DNA of 64,000 nt from the human T2T-CHM13v2.0 reference genome, Homo sapiens, in assembly GCF_009914755.1 (NCBI RefSeq), contig NC_060932.1. One strand, given 5' to 3'. How positions within the stretch are numbered: position 1 is the first letter of the stretch; every line of letters starts with the position of its first letter. The notes under the pieces are model-generated. The model did no database searches, was not told the origin of the DNA, and saw only the letters and a list, made by a program, of their open reading frames with translations. Made by a program: the position numbers and the translations under genes. This document shows, piece by piece, positions 59,245-64,000 of the stretch.

Positions 59245-62200
59245 AACACAAACCAAAATAGTAAGAGGTAATCACACTTCAAATGGATCATTCAAGTGAT
59301 CCATTTTTTAATTTTCTGTTGAATCCCATCATGATTACTGGGATTCAACAGAAAAGTAACAGGAAATTCCTGAAGCGAGGTAGGAGAGAGAAACAAGGCA
59401 GCCTGCTCAGAAAGACCTGGAAGGGACTCCCCAGTGCAGGGAAGGGATAAGTCAGAGATCTTCAGCAGTCCACATTCCCACCATGGACTTCTGCAATCCT
59501 AGACAAAAGAGACCCTCTCAACACTCGTGGGCCCTGAAACTAACATAGGAAACTGCCAGGACATTTTGTGACAGCATCGCTGGGGGGAACGAGTTCTTGC
59601 TGGATCCCACACAATACCCAGGATGTAAGGAGCTACAACAAGGCACCGCTTTAAAGCCCCACCTACAACAGACTGCACCTTGCTCCTGCTTACCACAGCT
59701 GTCACCTACACACATCACTTGGGCTCATGAGGACAACTCTGCCCAACCAAGCTATTCTCTCATCCCATGCCAGAGCATGCAGTCCAGGGGCCAGGGGATT
59801 GCCCTGTCCAGCCCACAACCTTTAGCACCTATGCATTTCTCCTGGGGGCCTAAGGTTGGGCTACCCACACTGCACTGCCACCAGAGCTGGTGCCAACCTG
59901 ATGCACCACTTGCAGGCCTGGAGACTGGCCTGCCCAGCCCATGGCAGCCACCACCAACATCAGCACACACTGCTCAGGATTCAGAGGATCATCCTGGCCA
60001 AGCCTTTGCCAACATACACAACATGACAGCTGTTCAGGGGCCTGAAAACCCACTCACCCACTTGCACAACACTGCCACTACTGACATTTGAGTAGGTCAA
60101 TTACAGGCCCAAGAATAGGCCCTCCTGGATCTACTAATTTCAATATCAGCATATGCTTCCCTGAAGCCCAAGGATGGGCATGCTAAGCCCACCATTGCCA
60201 CCACTGCGGCCAAAGGATTAGCCCACCTAGGATCCCAGTTCCCAGGAAAACTTCACTATAGCTTTCATTAATAACCATAACCTAAGCCACAAAAAATATC
60301 ACAGATGTCAATGACACTGTTTATAGTTGAAAAAATACAGAGAAAACACTACTGCACATAAGCAAAATCAAAGCCAAAATGCCCTACCCAACCAAAACCA
60401 TGAATTCATCTTCAGGAAAAAGTCTCCCCTACAAAAGCAAATTCAACAAAATCAGAAGTGACTATTGCACCAGATGCACAGATACAAAAAGGACTGAGAA
60501 AACATGAAAAGACAAAGAAATATGACACCTCCAAAGGAGCACAATAAGTCTTCAGCAACAGATCCCCACCAAACAAAAGTTTCCAAAATCTCAGAAAAGT
60601 AATTCAAAATCTTGACTTCAAATAAGCTCAGTGAGATAAAACGGAGTTCTGAAAACTAATGTAAATCAGAAAAACAAATCCAGATAGGACTGAGAAATTT
60701 ACCAAAGAGATAGGTATCATAAAAGCAAAAGAGAGAAATTCTAGAAAGGAAGAACTCATTGAATAAAATACAAAATATATTTGAAAGCTTCAGTAGATTA
60801 GAACAAGTGGAAGAAAGAATGTTAGGACTTGAAGAAGTTTTTTAAAAAATACCCCAATCAGACAAAAATAAAGAAAGAAAAATTTTAAAAAATGAACAAA
60901 CTCTACAGGACACCATAAAGCAACCAAATACTCAAATTATCAAAGTCCCAAAAGGCAAAGAAATAACAAAAGAGTTAGAAAACCTACTTAGTAAAATAGT
61001 GTGGGAAACTTCCTAGGAAGAGATTTAGACATCCAGATGCAGGAAGCTTTCAGAGATCTTTAAACAGATACAATGCAAAAACATCTTCTATACTGCAGAT
61101 TGTAGTCAAACTGTCTAAACACAAAGAGATAATCCTAAAAGCAGTAAGAAAAAAGCATTTAGTCACCTCGAAAGGAATCCCCATTCCACTAACAGTGGAT
61201 TTTTCAGCAGAAGAGATAATTTGTATTACTGCTTCAATCTAACTAATTCTATTCTTTCCTGGCTGAGAATGAGATGAAATTGAAGCAGTAGTAAAAATTC
61301 TCCCAACAAATGAAAGCTCATGACCAGATGGATTCATACCAAATTCTGCCAAATATATAAAGAAGAACAAATGCCAATCCTTCTCAAACTATTCCAAAAA
61401 TTTGAAGACGGACGAATTCTTGCTAATGTATTCTATGAGACTAGCATTACCTTCATAGCAAAACCAGACAAAGATACAAGAAAACCACAACAAAAAAGAC
61501 ACGCCAATATCCCTGATGAACATAGATGCTAAAATCCTTAACAAAATACTAGAAAACCTAATTGAACAGTACATCATAAAGAATGATCAAGTTGGATTTA
61601 TTCCATAGATTTAAGGATGGTTTAACATATGCAGAGCAATGAAGGACAATAAACCCATGATCATCTCAAGAGACTCAGAAAAAAAATCATAATATGCAAT
61701 GTCCTTTCATGATAAAAACTCTCAACAAATTAGGCATAGAAGGAACATATTATACTTCGAATTAATAAAGACATATATGACAAACCCACAGCTAACATCA
61801 TACTAAATGGGAAAAATTTGAAAGCTTTTTATCTTATAACTGGAACAAAAAAAAAAAGGATGTATACTTTCACTACTAATATTTAACTGGAAGTCCTAAC
61901 CAGAGAAATCTTACAATAGAAAGAAAGAAAAGGCATCAAAATGTGAAAAGAGATAGTCAAATTGTCCCCTTTTATAGACTATATGATTTTATATTTAGAA
62001 AAAACAAAAAATTCTACCAAAAAATTATTATAAGCAAATTGAATAAAGATGAAGGATTCAAAATCAAAATATAAAAATTAGTAACATTTCTATATACCAA
62101 TAATGAAATAGTCAAAAAAGAAATCAAGAAAACAATTCCACTTAAAGTAGCTACCAGTAAATATATAAATATATTTTTTTCACCCATATACATATGAAAA

Positions 62201-63670
62201 TACCTAGGAATAAATTTATACAAGGGAGTAAAATATATCTACAAGAAAAACTACAAAACAGTAATAAAAGAAATTGAAGAGGCCATAGACAAATGGAAAT
62301 TCATTCTAAGCTCCTGGATCAGAAAAATGAATTTCATTAAAATAACCATACTACTCAAAACAATCTACAGATCCAGTGCAATCCTTACCAAAATACTATC
62401 ATTTTTCACAGAATTAGAAAAAAAAATCTAAAATTTGTATAGAATCAAAAAAGAGCATAACTAGCCAAAGCATTACTGAGCAAAAAGAACAAAGCTGGAG
62501 GTGTCACACTGACTTCAAAATATAGTACAAGTCTATAGTAACCAACACAGCATAATATTTATATACAAACAACACAGACCAATGAAATAGAATTAAAAAC
62601 CCAGAAATGAATTCATATATTTACAGCCAACTGCTCTTCCACACAGCTGTCAAGAACATACAATGGGGAAAGAACACTCTCTCCTATAAATTGAGCTGGG
62701 AAAAGTCAACTGAAAGAAGAATGAAACTTGACTCCCATCCCTCATCAAATACAAAATCAACTCAGGATAGATTAAACCTGACACTATGAAACTACTAGAA
62801 GAAAAGATAAGGACAACTCTTCAGAAATTGGTCTAGGCAAAGAATTTATGGCTAAAACCTCCAAAGCTTAAGCCACTAAAACACAATGGGATAAATGGGA
62901 CTATATTAAACTACAAAGCTTCTACACAGCAAAAGAAACAATCAACATGGTGAAGAGACAAACTCTAAAATGGGGAAGCAAACCGGGCAAGGTTGCTGAC
63001 GCCTATAATCCCAGCACTTTGGGAGGCCACGGCAGGTGGATCACCCGAAGTTAGGAGTTTGAGACCTGCCTGGCCAACATGGTGAAACCACATCTCTACT
63101 AAAGATTCAAAAATTAGCCAGGCATAGTGGTGGGTGCCTGTAATTCCAGCTACTTGGGAGGTTGAGGCAGGAGAATCACTTGAACCCAGGAGTCAGAGGC
63201 TGCAGTGAGCTGAGATTGCGCCACTGCACTCCACTCTGGGCAACAGAATGGGACGCCATCTCAAAAAATAAATAAATAAATAAATAAAATGGGGAAACAT
63301 ATTTGCAAACTACTTAATCATCTTACAGGGTACTAATATCCAAAATATACAAGGAAGTCAGGTAAGTCAACAGTAAACACAAAATAATCTTATTAAAAAT
63401 GGACAAAGGACATGAATAGACACTTCTCCAGAAAAGATACACAGATGGCCAACAAGTATATTTAAAAATGCTCAGCATCTCTAATCATCAGGGAAATGCA
63501 AATCATAATCACAATGAGAAATTTTCTTACCCCACTTAGAATGGCTATTATTAAAAAGAAAAAAATAGAGTTACAATTATGTGGAGAAAAGAAAACAAAC
63601 AATGTTGGTGGAAATATGAATTAGTAAAATCACTATGAAGAACTGTGTGGAGGTTCCTCAAGAGCAGAAG
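59245..63670 (+). mobile_element. L1 (L1PB/L1MA-like): 5' UTR, ORF1, internal deletion, ORF2 RT region to C-terminus
   Basis: GC-richer 5' UTR (59245-60480); ORF1-like 60500-61210; ORF2 motifs 'KFCQIYKEEQMPILLKLFQK..FYETSIT.IAKPDKD' from 61280; many stops. Confidence 0.88.
62981..63284 (+). mobile_element. AluS within L1
   Basis: Alu dimer with (TAAA)n tail; near-TSD taaaatggggaagca / taaaatggggaaaca. Confidence 0.92.
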
Positions 63671-63679
63671 CAAAATTGT

Positions 63680-64000
63680 AAATTCATGTGAGGGCTCAAG
63701 CCCTCTTGCAAATTCTGGCATAGTGGCTATAATGCCTACTAGCTGTGACTAGTCCTGGGGTCCTCCATGACCTCATGTTAGTAATTTCCCTCCATCCTGC
63801 CCACATATTTGTATAATGATACTTTATTAACATATTTATGCCTAGTGTTCCATTATTGGAATGCCAAGCTTGTGGGAGTTATTTACATCCTACTGCTCAA
63901 GGTCATCACCAACGTCTGATTTTTCACAAAAAGTTTTGCAACCTCTGGTATAAATGGGTTAAATTGTTCTCAATCACCACTTTTGACCATGCCTTCTGTT
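63680..64000 (+). mobile_element. LTR33-like ERVL LTR fragment interrupted by MER85
   Basis: Removing MER85 gives 'tttgtataatgatactttattaaattgttctcaatcaccacttttgaccatgccttctgtt', which resembles the recalled LTR33 3' end. Confidence 0.55.
63831..63958 (+). mobile_element. MER85 (piggyBac/PGBD3-derived MITE)
   Basis: 'atttatgcctagtgttccattattggaatgccaagcttgtgggag...ggtataaatggg' flanked by TTAA on both sides (63827-63830, 63959-63962). Confidence 0.95.

Noticed and set aside
59597-60091. Longest ORF in the window (164 aa)
   Set aside because: Lies in the GC-richer L1 5' UTR, begins at a non-ATG codon and has no recognisable domain.

Overview
AT-rich primate DNA, very probably human (it carries an AluYa5 with all five diagnostic changes). 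It is intergenic or deep-intronic, and I can support no protein-coding exon, RNA gene or CRISPR array. Most of the window is interspersed repeat: Alus, L1, L2, MIR, DNA transposons (Tc2/Kanga-like, MER44, MER85) and many LTR elements. The main structure is a two-LTR, env-less HERV-H provirus (46360-51841, + strand) with a perfect 5-bp TSD (GTAAC), a perfect tRNA-His primer-binding site, LTR7up-like LTRs and decayed gag-pro-pol. A decayed ERV-L pol occupies 1-2500 on the - strand. Points worth a second look: the HERV-H as a candidate pluripotency promoter/enhancer, the discordant polyA signals of its two LTRs, an ERV-L pol interrupted by a piece of its own 3' end, three templated inverted-insertion scars, a possibly polymorphic AluYa5, a MER85 retaining its CSB-PGBD3 palindrome, and a run of same-strand LTRs. 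I found no convincing previously undescribed biological system. Subfamily names come from recalled consensus sequences, not a database search, and boundaries of old repeats are approximate.
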